The notes beneath the pieces are model-generated. The model searched no databases, was not told the origin of the DNA, and worked only from the letters and a program-made list of their open reading frames with translations. Shown here one piece after another: positions 7,927 through 18,633 of a DNA stretch of 64,000 bases. This stretch comes from a virus: IMG/VR virus record IMGVR_UViG_3300034073_002480, positions 1-64,000 of that record; one strand, written 5' to 3'. The position numbers and the translations under genes were made by a program. Within the stretch, counting starts at the first letter, position 1, and the number at the start of each line of letters is the position of its first letter.

Positions 7927-10371
7927 ATGATAACAAATATTCTTGACCAGTCGTTTGCTGACTTTGCAAAGCAAGCCAAGACCGTACTATCGTCAGATGA
8001 AGAAAAAGCTGTTGTGTCCCCACAAAGACAACGGTTGGACACACTCGCTTCATATTATACTAACCGTGTATCAGCCAATGAAACACAACTAATAACCAAG
8101 TACGCCGATTCTCTAGTCTCTGGTGGTCAACCACGATTACCTGATCCTCGTTTGTATATGCGTAGGGATTTGTTGGGTTTGGTGCAAGACTCCTATGCAT
8201 TAGGTATTGCTGATGCTTTGCAAGATTTGGAGGATGTCCAGTTCTTTGCTTTGCAAACTGATGCGGATTTTGCTGTATCACCTGATGATAAATTACAACG
8301 TGACATCGCAAAGCTGCAACGTGATATCCAAGCCTCACAGCAAATCGTAAGACAAGCCAAGACACTCAACCAATACACAAATACACTACAAAGCTTACAA
8401 CAACAAGCTCAAGCCCTAAACAACACGCAAGCTGCACAAACATTAAACCAGCTATCAGAACAGCTTGATGCAATCAAAACTAATAACACATTACGTTCTG
8501 TAGGTAAACTAGTCAATCAACAAATACAAAAAGGGCAATCTCAACAATCACAAGCACAAGCTACAGTAAAGCAACAGATAGCTGCCCAAGGATCACCAAA
8601 CACACAAGATTACTTAGTCAAAAGAGCCATAGAAGAGAAGTTACAGTACTTGGAGAACAGACGTGATTCTCTGGCATCAACACCCCCTGTAGTATTAGAC
8701 GAGGACAAGGATTTCTTTAGGTGGTATGCTGACAAGAGATTAGTACCTATTGCTAACAGATATCAGCAGGGTTTGGTGGACAAGAATAATGAAGCTAAAG
8801 AGATTGTAACAAAATATACGGAAGAAATCAACAAAGGAACAACAACACAAGCAGCTAAAGGTACAGCAACAGATAAGATTGTCCGTAAAATGCTAAACAT
8901 AGAAGATAAAGTGATAGCTAAAGGACGACCTATCAAAAGAGTGCAACGTGTTGTAGCTACAGAACTTGCTATTGCTTACAACATAGGTAGGCTCAAAGCA
9001 TACCTCAAAGCTGGCATACAATATGTAACTATATCAACATCTAATTATAGCCCTGAAGTTTGCGACTATTGTGAAACAACAGCAAAACAGACAGAAGGTG
9101 AGCCTATTAAAATATCATCTTTATTAAAAAATGCTTACAAAAATAAAGGTTTCAACAAAGATATAAAACCTATAATATCAGATTTACGATATTTACCTAA
9201 TCACCCTCATTGTTATTGTTTTTACAAACCACATCCTAAACAAGATCCAGAAGACAAACAGGAGTCAGCAGGTGTTTATGCCGACCCTAATAGTTGGAAG
9301 TTCATTCTTGGTGCGGGGTTAGGTGTGTCTTTAGCTTTTCTTGCTTTTGCTTTGACAACAGGACGTAAAATATCTGTACCACGTACCGTGCCATCAGCTT
9401 TACCTGTTCGTGTACCAAAAGCTATACCACAGGTAGTCAGTGATATACAACCTCAATCTATACCTGTACGTGCTATTCCACAATCTGATTTAGTAAGTCT
9501 ACCTGTACTACGGCAATATATAAAAAACTTATCATCTGAACAACAACAAGATTTTGCTGACATCATAACCTCTTCTTCTATGTCTCAACAAGAGAAAATA
9601 GCTGCTCTGTATACAGAAGCTGCTGCAAAAGGTTTAAACATAGAAGAAAAAATTGGAGATATAGTTGATACGATAGCACAACAAATACCACTAGTAAAAG
9701 GTGTACAACGGCAATTTTTACAAGATCAGGTTGCCAAAATAGATAATACTTTTGCAATAAAAAGCAAACTTTTGCTAAACAATATTGACAAACAAGAACA
9801 AAGGTTGTTGTCTATTATCCCTGATAATCCTGATAAAGTCACTATCACATCTATCCGCAACGTCCTGCGTGAAACTGATCGCAAATACATACAAAATCAA
9901 CTTGCATCTATACAAAAAGTAGAGGATTTGTTGTTACAATCATACAAAAAAACACTAGGAAAAACAAAACCTAACGATATAGAGTATCGTAATGAACTAT
10001 CGGAAAACATCAATAAGTTACAAGTTTACCGACAAAATTTGCTAGAACAGCAGCAAAGAGTGAAAAGCATCCAACAACAGTTAGCGGGATTAAAACCCCT
10101 CAACAAAACACAATTACGTGCGCTGGTATCTGATCGTATAGCTCGTGTTGAAGCTGCGTTGGACAGGGATACACAAGAGGCTTCACGGTTGTATAATTCG
10201 TTATTGGAATTTCTTGTTAGTCTACCACCAGAAGAAGCTAACCGTTATGCTGCGGTTGTACGTCGTTTGCGTGACAAAATAGAACCCACACAGTACAAAC
10301 GATATACAGGTGGATTGGTTGCTTTTTCTTCTATGAATCCAAAGTATACATCAACGAAAAGCTTCTTGTGA
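7927..10371 (+). CDS. Head morphogenesis protein (SPP1 gp7/Mu gpF-like) with TM and coiled-coil extensions
   Basis: RVVATELAIAYNIGRL, CDYC and LPNHPHCYC MuF signature; TM segment FILGAGLGVSLAFLAFAL. Confidence 0.8.
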   Translation: MITNILDQSFADFAKQAKTVLSSDEEKAVVSPQRQRLDTLASYYTNRVSANETQLITKYADSLVSGGQPRLPDPRLYMRRDLLGLVQDSYALGIADALQDLEDVQFFALQTDADFAVSPDDKLQRDIAKLQRDIQASQQIVRQAKTLNQYTNTLQSLQQQAQALNNTQAAQTLNQLSEQLDAIKTNNTLRSVGKLVNQQIQKGQSQQSQAQATVKQQIAAQGSPNTQDYLVKRAIEEKLQYLENRRDSLASTPPVVLDEDKDFFRWYADKRLVPIANRYQQGLVDKNNEAKEIVTKYTEEINKGTTTQAAKGTATDKIVRKMLNIEDKVIAKGRPIKRVQRVVATELAIAYNIGRLKAYLKAGIQYVTISTSNYSPEVCDYCETTAKQTEGEPIKISSLLKNAYKNKGFNKDIKPIISDLRYLPNHPHCYCFYKPHPKQDPEDKQESAGVYADPNSWKFILGAGLGVSLAFLAFALTTGRKISVPRTVPSALPVRVPKAIPQVVSDIQPQSIPVRAIPQSDLVSLPVLRQYIKNLSSEQQQDFADIITSSSMSQQEKIAALYTEAAAKGLNIEEKIGDIVDTIAQQIPLVKGVQRQFLQDQVAKIDNTFAIKSKLLLNNIDKQEQRLLSIIPDNPDKVTITSIRNVLRETDRKYIQNQLASIQKVEDLLLQSYKKTLGKTKPNDIEYRNELSENINKLQVYRQNLLEQQQRVKSIQQQLAGLKPLNKTQLRALVSDRIARVEAALDRDTQEASRLYNSLLEFLVSLPPEEANRYAAVVRRLRDKIEPTQYKRYTGGLVAFSSMNPKYTSTKSFL

Positions 10372-12570
10372 ACCACCATTAATAACACGTCTAATTCTAT
10401 CCCAGTTTTCACGAGCAAAATACCCTTCAAACCCATGACCAGCTAATATATCTGTAGCTGTTTTTTTATTAGGTCTTTCTGTGATTATAGTGTTAATATT
10501 TTCTTTATTACCACGTGACAATACAGAGTTAGCTAACATATCATCTCTATTGATAAACGTAACTGTATCAACCACACGAGTGTCTTCTATCTTTGTGATA
10601 CCTGTATAAGGTACACCAAAACTCACAGCACGAGCTTTACTGACATTGCGTAATTTCGATAAGTCAGAAGCTGCTGCTACTGTAGCTACACCACCTGCGG
10701 AGTACCCAACCATAACTTTATTAGCGTTAGGTCGTATTTTTTCTATAGCACGTTGGTAAGCTGCAATTTCGATAGAATCTTTGTTGTAACCTTTTGTGAA
10801 AGGATTAATAGCGAATTTCTCCCACCAGTCTTTTAGTGTCTGTTTTAAAGGATTTTTACTTGTTAACCCTGTTGAGTCAAGCTCTAAGTTATCGAGGTCT
10901 AAAATAGCCCATTTGTCATCACGTTGTTGCATTTTTGACAAGTAATCATTTTTAATCAATGTACCACCCTTGCCATTCATGTTGATACCACCTTTGACGG
11001 TTATCACAGTGTCAGCATCACCTATAGCTGTACGTAGTGTCTGCCCTCGAAATAACTTACGTCCTGTGACAAGATCATCAGCCATCTCTTCAATCATACG
11101 TGCGCGTTTGGGGAGATTCGCGTCCCAATTTGAGCGTGCTAAAGTCGTCAAACCAGAGTCAATACCTTGCACCAAGAACTTACCACCTATAGCTGTGACT
11201 GTGACACCACCAACAACTAACGCCCCAGTTGCTAATTTCTGTGCGGTATCAGAACCAACGCCTTTTTCTTCTATGTTACCAGCGATGTCTGTGCGTAATT
11301 TTTGTACTAGATTTTGGTTTTCCAAAGCTTTATCACGTTTAGCTGTATATGCACGTACAAGTTTACCATTACGAATATAGGACTTTACTTTCACCTCTTG
11401 CTCAGGTGCTGCGAACTCTGCCATAGAAGGAAAAAGTCTGTGGTAGTTAGCCCAAGCTTGTTGCTCTAACCGACTATACTGTGCTTGTCTCTTTTGTTGA
11501 CGTATATATGGGTTACGAGCTATATTCTGTTGATAATCAACTTGGTAATTTTGTGGTTGGAATGGTGTTTTGTCTTGTCTGTTTCTATATATGATCTGGT
11601 CAACTTTAGATCTTGTTTCAGGATGTGATAAATACATACCGTATTCATGTTGTTTAGCCCATTCAGTTTCACCTTGGTAGGGGTCTTTTACCCACTTAAC
11701 TTTTTGCTTACCACGATCAATAACTATAGCATCTTTTTTTGACCTTAAAGGTATCCAAGCTGTCCCAGCGTCAGACTTATCCATGATAGATACGTATTTA
11801 GATCTAGGTGCAGCTAAATCCCATGTTGGCGACCCTAAACCAAAACCTTGTATATCTTTTAATCCCAAAGTATCTCCTATTTCTTGTGCTTCTTTTACAG
11901 CCATACCACCACCTGATGCTGTTACAAAAGTAATAGGTTTATCTGTTCTTTTTCTTACACTAGCCGCAAGTCCAGCTAATTCTTCAGCAGTTTTATTACC
12001 TTGAGTTGCATTACGCCACAACAAAGGTGGAACTCTTGCATATCGTTTTACTAGATCAGATTCCCATCCAAGATCGTTGTACAAATTTTCAACAGATAAT
12101 ACAAGATGGTTAGGATAATCTTTTTTAAGATATTCATGTATACCTAAAGTATGTTGCCCTTTTACACCAGCAAACCCACCTGTAGCTATAATTACACCCT
12201 CATATTGACTGAAATCATCAGGTAATTTTTGAGGATTAGCTTTAGATAAAAAACGAAGATCGGGAATATCTGGTTGTGTCAGTATCCGTGTTGCTGCGTT
12301 ACGTACCTGTGTTTGGTGTCGATTAATTACAAAAGCACGAGTACCAGCAGCTAAACCAACCAACCCTAAACCAGCAACTGCAACATTGAAAGGTACGTTA
12401 GCACCAGTTTTAATACTATTGACTAACGCATTATCTACAGCAGGGTTTTTACTTTGCTCACCTTCTCTTCTATGTTGTCTAACAGTTACTAACTTACCTT
12501 TTTGTAATCTTTGGTAAGTTTTTACCTCTTCTTTTTCAGTAAAACTAGCAAGTTCATTTGCAAATATCAT
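10351..12570 (-). CDS. Tandem two-module alpha/beta-hydrolase (lipase/esterase-like) protein
   Basis: Nucleophile elbows TASGGG and GYSAGG, G.P motif, downstream Asp and His (HEYGMY, HGFEGY); each module is preceded by a TM segment. Confidence 0.7.
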   Translation of the reverse strand: MIFANELASFTEKEEVKTYQRLQKGKLVTVRQHRREGEQSKNPAVDNALVNSIKTGANVPFNVAVAGLGLVGLAAGTRAFVINRHQTQVRNAATRILTQPDIPDLRFLSKANPQKLPDDFSQYEGVIIATGGFAGVKGQHTLGIHEYLKKDYPNHLVLSVENLYNDLGWESDLVKRYARVPPLLWRNATQGNKTAEELAGLAASVRKRTDKPITFVTASGGGMAVKEAQEIGDTLGLKDIQGFGLGSPTWDLAAPRSKYVSIMDKSDAGTAWIPLRSKKDAIVIDRGKQKVKWVKDPYQGETEWAKQHEYGMYLSHPETRSKVDQIIYRNRQDKTPFQPQNYQVDYQQNIARNPYIRQQKRQAQYSRLEQQAWANYHRLFPSMAEFAAPEQEVKVKSYIRNGKLVRAYTAKRDKALENQNLVQKLRTDIAGNIEEKGVGSDTAQKLATGALVVGGVTVTAIGGKFLVQGIDSGLTTLARSNWDANLPKRARMIEEMADDLVTGRKLFRGQTLRTAIGDADTVITVKGGINMNGKGGTLIKNDYLSKMQQRDDKWAILDLDNLELDSTGLTSKNPLKQTLKDWWEKFAINPFTKGYNKDSIEIAAYQRAIEKIRPNANKVMVGYSAGGVATVAAASDLSKLRNVSKARAVSFGVPYTGITKIEDTRVVDTVTFINRDDMLANSVLSRGNKENINTIITERPNKKTATDILAGHGFEGYFARENWDRIRRVINGGSQEAFR

Positions 12571-13550
12571 CTGTTAATTACCTTATCTAATATTTTAATT
12601 ACTTCTGGATTTCTGAGGTAAGATCTATGATTATGTTCCATAGCTTTTATTTTTAATCTTTCTGTAATTGATAAACCATATACCCTACTAGTATCAAATG
12701 TACCACGAACACGTACAATATCTTTTTTGTTGACAGCAGGGGTTAGTTGAAATAAATCATTACCTGACATTACAGATATATAAGGTGACTTAGGTTGTGC
12801 TAATGCAAAAGTAGGACTACCAAGACCTATACCAGATATATTTTTTACATTTAGCTTATCCGTTATCTCTTGTGCATTTTTAATAGCCATCCCACCACCA
12901 CTTGTTGCTATAAATGTTATAGGTTTATCTGTTTGTTTACGTATATTATAAGCTACTTCAGCAAGATCTTCTGCTGTCTTATTCCCATTTATAGCTGACT
13001 TAAATAATAGATCTGGTGTAGCTTTAGCTCTTTGCAAAAAGTCTGTACTAGCCGTATCAAATTCTTTATTCTCTACAGATAATACTAATGATTTACGATA
13101 TTTACGTGCAAGATTAGCTCGGAGATCATTTGCACTATGCCCTAAAGCACCTGTAAAACCACCAGTAGTGATTACTATATTATCGTACTTATTAAAATCA
13201 GTAATAGTTGATGGGTTATATTTAGAGTACTTTTTAAAATCTGTTATTGGCGAAGCTTTTTCTATACGTGCAGCTGCTTTGTTTATATTCTGTGCATATT
13301 TAGTTTGTATTACTTGTTTTGTAGCAGCAGATATACCAACCAATGATAAACCAGCTAGAGCTAAAGTACCACCTACTATTGCACCTGTATTAACTTTATT
13401 TCTAAGGTCTTTATCTTGCTGTTCATTTAATTGTTCTTTTCTACCACCATCTCTTGCATGTTGTTTGACAGTGATCAAACGACCTTTAGATAACCTTGTA
13501 TAAGATTTTACTTTTTCATTTTTTTGGAAGTCAACTAATAGATATATCAT
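12567..13550 (-). CDS. Single-module alpha/beta-hydrolase paralogue
   Basis: ITTGGF oxyanion region, ATSGGG, GLGSP, HNHRSY; clearly similar to module 1 of 10351-12570. Confidence 0.7.
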   Translation of the reverse strand: MIYLLVDFQKNEKVKSYTRLSKGRLITVKQHARDGGRKEQLNEQQDKDLRNKVNTGAIVGGTLALAGLSLVGISAATKQVIQTKYAQNINKAAARIEKASPITDFKKYSKYNPSTITDFNKYDNIVITTGGFTGALGHSANDLRANLARKYRKSLVLSVENKEFDTASTDFLQRAKATPDLLFKSAINGNKTAEDLAEVAYNIRKQTDKPITFIATSGGGMAIKNAQEITDKLNVKNISGIGLGSPTFALAQPKSPYISVMSGNDLFQLTPAVNKKDIVRVRGTFDTSRVYGLSITERLKIKAMEHNHRSYLRNPEVIKILDKVINR

Positions 13551-13771
13551 AGATCACTAAAAAAATAAATTACTGGTTTCTTATACACTTGTGCAAAGCT
13601 GACAACATCTTCAACAGATATTTGTCGTTTATCAAGCTCTGACATAGAAACAAAGTCAGTAGCTCTATGTAATGCAGCAGCTACATCTTTTTGTTTAAGA
13701 TCTAAATCTTCTCTTGTTTCTCGTAGTTTTTGTGCTACTTTAGCGTTAACAGAGTATTTGGGGGACACCAT
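13547..13771 (-). CDS. XRE/Cro-C1 helix-turn-helix regulator
   Basis: KLRETREDLDLKQKDVAAAL...VSMSELDKRQISVEDV..FAQVYKKPVIYFF. Confidence 0.9.
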   Translation of the reverse strand: MVSPKYSVNAKVAQKLRETREDLDLKQKDVAAALHRATDFVSMSELDKRQISVEDVVSFAQVYKKPVIYFFSDL

Positions 13772-13853
13772 GTTCGATTTTTTATCGTTTTTGTTTGCAT
13801 CTCTATATGATCTAGTATATCTTAAAAATAGTAATAAAAAACATTACTGTGAT

Positions 13854-14807
13854 ATGAATAAACAAAAATCTACCACTACATATTTTGCAGGTAAGTCAGC
13901 CTCATTGCTGTCTACCTTTACACAAGATTCTAGTGGTTGTATTACTAAAGATGCTATCCTTATGCTAGAAGGTACATTACCAGATTCTAAAGGTGTGGTA
14001 CATACTTTTACAGCAGATAGATTAGCACAAATTGCTGACAATACAAATGCAGCATTGCAAGAAGGTGTTAAACTTCCTGTTCTTTTAGAACATGAAAAAA
14101 CAGCTTTGGCAACTGTAGGTAATGCTAACAATGCAGAACTATATGTAAAAACAGTAACAGAAGAAGATATTGCAAAGATTAATCCAAAAGCAACTAAATT
14201 ACTAGGCAAGGCAGCACTATTTGTACGTAATCTAGTTATTCAAACACCTGAAGTTGTTTCTAAAGTACTGGAAGGTACAGCTAGTTCTGTTTCTATGGGT
14301 TTGGATCTTTTAACTGATTCTCTTAAGGAAATCTCTTTAGTAGGTATCCCTGCTTGGGAACACGCCACTCTATATGCTAAACATACGCAGAAAGATGCTA
14401 AATTCTCTGCGTTGACATGGGATGAAGATGGTGAACAAGAGGATACCTTAGAAGAAAAAGAAGAAGAATACGAAAAGCTTACTGAACAACTCTGGGGTTA
14501 TCTTCGCAACATCTATACTGCTGATGAAGCTGAACTGAAAGGTAAAGATCCATCACAATTAGTAGACGTTACTTTATATGGTTTTGTTGAACGTGTGAAA
14601 AAATTGCTAGACCTTGATGGTTTAGGTGCTGATTCTGATGTTGTTGCACAACAAGCACAAGCACAAGGCGTTGGAATGCCAACATATAAAGCTAGTAAGT
14701 ACAGAGCAGCTAACTTTGCATTTGCGAATATGTTGAATAAAAAGCTTATAGTAAAACCAACTGGTCGTGCTGTAAAAACAAAATACTCTGTGAGAGGTAA
14801 GAAATAA
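13854..14807 (+). CDS. Prohead (capsid maturation) protease
   Basis: LPVLLEH, SSVSMG and LKEISLVGIPA motifs of HK97/Mu-type Ser-His proteases; acidic C-terminal extension. Confidence 0.85.
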   Translation: MNKQKSTTTYFAGKSASLLSTFTQDSSGCITKDAILMLEGTLPDSKGVVHTFTADRLAQIADNTNAALQEGVKLPVLLEHEKTALATVGNANNAELYVKTVTEEDIAKINPKATKLLGKAALFVRNLVIQTPEVVSKVLEGTASSVSMGLDLLTDSLKEISLVGIPAWEHATLYAKHTQKDAKFSALTWDEDGEQEDTLEEKEEEYEKLTEQLWGYLRNIYTADEAELKGKDPSQLVDVTLYGFVERVKKLLDLDGLGADSDVVAQQAQAQGVGMPTYKASKYRAANFAFANMLNKKLIVKPTGRAVKTKYSVRGKK

Positions 14808-15662
14808 ATGAGTACTTTAGGTACATTCGCTAAATTTAGTAGTGAAGCTAATTTTGCCAGAGGTAAGAAAAAAGCAACTACATATACTGTCGATACTTCA
14901 ACTCCACCTTCGGGAATGATTGAAATGAAACCAGCACCAAAAGCTGCAACTCCAGCAGCAAAGCCAACATCTATGGTTCAGTACCCTCAAGGTGCTAATC
15001 TTCCCATGAAGTCAAAGCAACGTATGAAAGGTTCTCGATTAGAGAAGTTGCGTGGTATTAAAAACCGTAACATCATGATCGGTTCTGGTTTGGGTCTAGC
15101 TGGACTAGGTACTTTAGGTGCTATTGCATATAACAACCGTGACTCTAAGAAACGTGCTGATATGTCTGCAAATACAGCTTTTGCTAACTTTGTATCAAAA
15201 GATAAAAAAGATGCAGTAAAAGCTATGACACAAACAGGTAATGCTGATGCTGATGCGGTTATTAAAAAAGTACGTGACGAAACCCGCAAAGCACGTAGAA
15301 AAGAACTTGGTAATTTGAAAAAACAACAAGGTTTTGAATCTGCTGCTGATCGTGGGGATGTTTACAAAAATGCTAAAGGTGGTGAATACATCAATCGTAC
15401 TTTAGCAGCTGCTGGTAGTCCTGAACGTGCTTTGATTGCTCAAGGTAAACGTAGCAAGAATGAATTTGTTCAGAATATTGCTAAAGGTGCTGAAAACATC
15501 GGTGGTGCTGGCTATAAAGCTGGTGCAACAGGTTTACGCAAAGTAGGTAACGCGATTGCAGGTCGTACTTTAACAGGTAAGGCTGTACGCTTAGGTGCTG
15601 CTGGTATTGGCTTGTCAGCAATTGGTGGTGCTATGAAGCGCAACCGTCAAGAAAATCAATAA
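14808..15662 (+). CDS. Basic, Gly-rich putative internal head protein, two modules
   Basis: AKFSSEANF and ADMSANTAFANF linkers; two Gly-zipper hydrophobic segments; lies between protease and scaffold. Confidence 0.6.
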   Translation: MSTLGTFAKFSSEANFARGKKKATTYTVDTSTPPSGMIEMKPAPKAATPAAKPTSMVQYPQGANLPMKSKQRMKGSRLEKLRGIKNRNIMIGSGLGLAGLGTLGAIAYNNRDSKKRADMSANTAFANFVSKDKKDAVKAMTQTGNADADAVIKKVRDETRKARRKELGNLKKQQGFESAADRGDVYKNAKGGEYINRTLAAAGSPERALIAQGKRSKNEFVQNIAKGAENIGGAGYKAGATGLRKVGNAIAGRTLTGKAVRLGAAGIGLSAIGGAMKRNRQENQ

Positions 15663-15671
15663 GAGGTAAAA

Positions 15672-16478
15672 ATGTATAATATTGAACCAGGCAACAAATA
15701 CGGAGAAGCGTTATTAGCGTTGATCCAAGATGAATATGAAACAGTTGATGATGGTTTGTTTACTATCGCATCTGTTCTGCAAGAAGAAGGTTATGAGGTT
15801 ACTGACGAAGATATCGTAGCTATCATTGAAGACGGTTCTATTGAAGATCTAGAGCAAGAAACTTTTGATCTTATCTCATCTGTTTTTGACCAAACACAAG
15901 ATGAAGATGTTTACAATGGTTTGTTAGCTACTGCTATGGACGCTAGTGGTTTGTTAGACCTTGATGCAGAACTCAGCGATGAGGATAATGACATTCAAGA
16001 AGAATATGAGACTGTAGAAGAAAATGCTCCTGTAGGTGCTTATTCTGCATCTCGTGGTCGTACCGCATCTTTCTCTGCTCCAGATCCCCGTGTAGCAGAA
16101 CTCGAAGCTCGTCTTGCAACTGTTGAAACTTTCAGCGTTGTTAAAGATCGGTTGGCGAACATCAATGCTAAGGCTGAGTTTGGTGTTCAAGAAGGTTGGT
16201 TGCCTCCTGTAGCTAAACAAGCTCTTGTTGCTAATTTCAACCGTGAAGAAGATATGGTTGCTTCTTTTTCTATGTTAGCTGACAAAAATGGTGTTGACCT
16301 CGATACTCAACTACACGCTATGGAATTTGCATTGGAACTATTCAAGCGTTGTGGTAATCTCGTGGATTTCAACCAATACGTCAACGAAGATATTGATCCT
16401 GAAGAAGAAGCTCGTTTCTCTGCTATTGATGCAGCCGCTAAGCGTTCTTTGCAAGCCATTGGTTTATTTAATAAGTAA
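15672..16478 (+). CDS. Scaffolding protein
   Basis: Highly acidic and helical, upstream of the decoration and capsid genes, many A-x-F sites. Confidence 0.7.
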   Translation: MYNIEPGNKYGEALLALIQDEYETVDDGLFTIASVLQEEGYEVTDEDIVAIIEDGSIEDLEQETFDLISSVFDQTQDEDVYNGLLATAMDASGLLDLDAELSDEDNDIQEEYETVEENAPVGAYSASRGRTASFSAPDPRVAELEARLATVETFSVVKDRLANINAKAEFGVQEGWLPPVAKQALVANFNREEDMVASFSMLADKNGVDLDTQLHAMEFALELFKRCGNLVDFNQYVNEDIDPEEEARFSAIDAAAKRSLQAIGLFNK

Positions 16479-16487
16479 GAGGTAGAA

Positions 16488-17366
16488 ATGTCTTATATCA
16501 AACGTGAAAATCCTATTGTACAGGATCTTCCTATTTTATTTAACAAAGATGGGGCGCAATATCCTCGCTCTGTTGTTGTTTCGGGTGCTGATGTTGCTGC
16601 TGATGCTAACGGCAATAAAATCATCCCTGCTGGTTCTTTTGTCACCAAGACTGGTTCTGTAGCTCGATTTCTAGCACGTTCCACTGTTACGGTTGCTTTC
16701 ACAACTGGTGCAGCAACTGGTACTGTCGCTGCTCCTTTTAATACGTTCAAAGCTGGTGATGCTTTGTACTTAGTTGAGCCATTTGCAACTGTTACAATTG
16801 GTGGTACATACCTAGCAACTGAACGTGTCAAAGTCACAATCGGTGGTTATGCTGTTACTCCTGTTACTGGTTCCACTGTTAACGCCACTATCGCTTCTAC
16901 GGTTGCAGCTGCTATTAATGCTGACCCTAATCAATCTGTTTTGGTTAAGGCTATTGCTAGTGGTGCTGTTATCTACATCTATGGTAAGGACGGTGTTACT
17001 GCTCATTCTCTAACCACTGCTGCTCGTAACGCAGCGGATAGCGGTGCATCTGCAAGTGGTACTTCTACTGCTTCTGATTCTGCTTTGGTCTACAGCAACA
17101 CTCCTTTAGGTACTATTAGTAGCGTATCAACTGCTGGTGTTATTACTCTCGGTGCTAACTCTGCTGTAGCTGCTCCTGTTGGCGCTCGTGTAGGTGTTCG
17201 TTTTGGTGAACTTCTCGGTGTCTTTGAACATAGTATTGACTTCAATACCTTGCCTTCTAAGGATATCGCCCCTGTATTTGGTTGTGACACTGGTATCTAT
17301 ACTGTGAACCTACCTTATGTTGATGAAGACATCAAGCGTCGTCTCAACCGCTTTGTATTTTATTAA
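16488..17366 (+). CDS. Head decoration/cement protein
   Basis: DANGNKIIPAGS and C-terminal GIYTVNLP pattern; immediately upstream of the major capsid gene; Ala/Thr/Val-rich insert. Confidence 0.7.
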   Translation: MSYIKRENPIVQDLPILFNKDGAQYPRSVVVSGADVAADANGNKIIPAGSFVTKTGSVARFLARSTVTVAFTTGAATGTVAAPFNTFKAGDALYLVEPFATVTIGGTYLATERVKVTIGGYAVTPVTGSTVNATIASTVAAAINADPNQSVLVKAIASGAVIYIYGKDGVTAHSLTTAARNAADSGASASGTSTASDSALVYSNTPLGTISSVSTAGVITLGANSAVAAPVGARVGVRFGELLGVFEHSIDFNTLPSKDIAPVFGCDTGIYTVNLPYVDEDIKRRLNRFVFY

Positions 17367-17385
17367 TTTGAAAGGAGAATGAAAA

Positions 17386-18519
17386 ATGGCTTATATTGCC
17401 ACTTGGTTAAATGAAGAATTACAAAGTCGTCAAGCTGACATGGTTGTTGACGAAACTTTGTGGGAGTTGCAACAACGATCCAAATGGTTGGATCAGTTCG
17501 TAGAAACAAAGATGTATGACAATCGTAACTTCTTGGCTTATATCACCAAGCAGATCAATACGATGGCATCTGTCGTAGCTCCTAACGGTGCTATTCCTTC
17601 TACTCGTAAGGGTCAATTCCGTAAGATCACCGCCGAATCCTTCAAAGTTGGTCTTCGTCACGATTATGATGAAGAAGATCAATGGGAACTACGTGATGCT
17701 ATTGCTCTTGCAGAAGCTCGTGGTATTACTGTTCAAAATATGATGGGTGCTGACGGTAAGGTTATTGAAGGTAGCAACAATAGCTTAGCTGCTTTGTTGT
17801 TCGGTAACTTAAGCGGTCTTGTACGTTCTGTCGGTGAACTCTTGGAGTACATGACTTGGCAAGTTATTCAGTTTGGTGCGGTGAATTATACTGACCCTCG
17901 TACTGGTATGACTGTTGATCTCGATTGGAAAGATCCTTCGTTGGTAACTGCTGGCGATCATTTCCCTTCCGCAACTGTTGATATCCCTTGGACTGCCGCT
18001 AACCGTGCAACCGCTAACGGTATTCAGGATTTGTACAATGACATCAACTTGTATTACGACACCAACGGTATGGCTCCCGACGCTATCGTTATGTCTCGTA
18101 AGCTATGGCAAGAGCTTTTGCAACAAAAGTCTACTAAGGAAGCGGCTTCTAGCTTATTTCTAGATGGTGGTACTGCTTTGCAAGGTGTTGTTGCTCCTGA
18201 ACGTTTACAAGCTGTTTTGGAAACACGTGGTATCCCCAAAGTACACACTTTCGATGAACGTACTGAAATGGATGTAACTCCAGGCACTAGTGGTGGTAAT
18301 ATTCGCTTCTTGAATGCAGATAGATACTGCTTTATTAAGAAGGGTAAGATTATCAAGGCTATGGGTGGAGTAATTGAGCAGCAAGGTCGTAGTGGAATTT
18401 ACCAACGTACTTATCAAGATCCTCTTGTACAGACAAAGGATGTGAGTGAAGTGATTGCCAGACTGCTACCAGTTTCGGTCGAGTGTTCAAAATGGGGACT
18501 CAGCCGCCGCGTCCTGTAA
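17386..18519 (+). CDS. Major capsid protein (HK97 fold, lambda gpE-like)
   Basis: 377 aa; LEYMTWQVIQFG and GMAPDAIVMSRKLW motifs; strong AAGGAG SD; position in head module. Confidence 0.88.
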   Translation: MAYIATWLNEELQSRQADMVVDETLWELQQRSKWLDQFVETKMYDNRNFLAYITKQINTMASVVAPNGAIPSTRKGQFRKITAESFKVGLRHDYDEEDQWELRDAIALAEARGITVQNMMGADGKVIEGSNNSLAALLFGNLSGLVRSVGELLEYMTWQVIQFGAVNYTDPRTGMTVDLDWKDPSLVTAGDHFPSATVDIPWTAANRATANGIQDLYNDINLYYDTNGMAPDAIVMSRKLWQELLQQKSTKEAASSLFLDGGTALQGVVAPERLQAVLETRGIPKVHTFDERTEMDVTPGTSGGNIRFLNADRYCFIKKGKIIKAMGGVIEQQGRSGIYQRTYQDPLVQTKDVSEVIARLLPVSVECSKWGLSRRVL

Positions 18520-18568
18520 AGGTTTCAGCCATTTTCACTATATTAATTAAAAATAATTAGTGAAACTA

Positions 18569-18598
18569 TTGACAGACTAGACTAAGTAAAGGTAAGAT
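18569..18598 (+). promoter_or_regulatory. Sigma70-type promoter for the endonuclease gene
   Basis: TTGACA-18 nt-TAAGAT, preceded by the hairpin tttcacta...tagtgaaa. Confidence 0.55.
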
Positions 18599-18633
18599 AG
18601 AAGAGTAAACAAATCCTCCTCTATCTTATTTTT

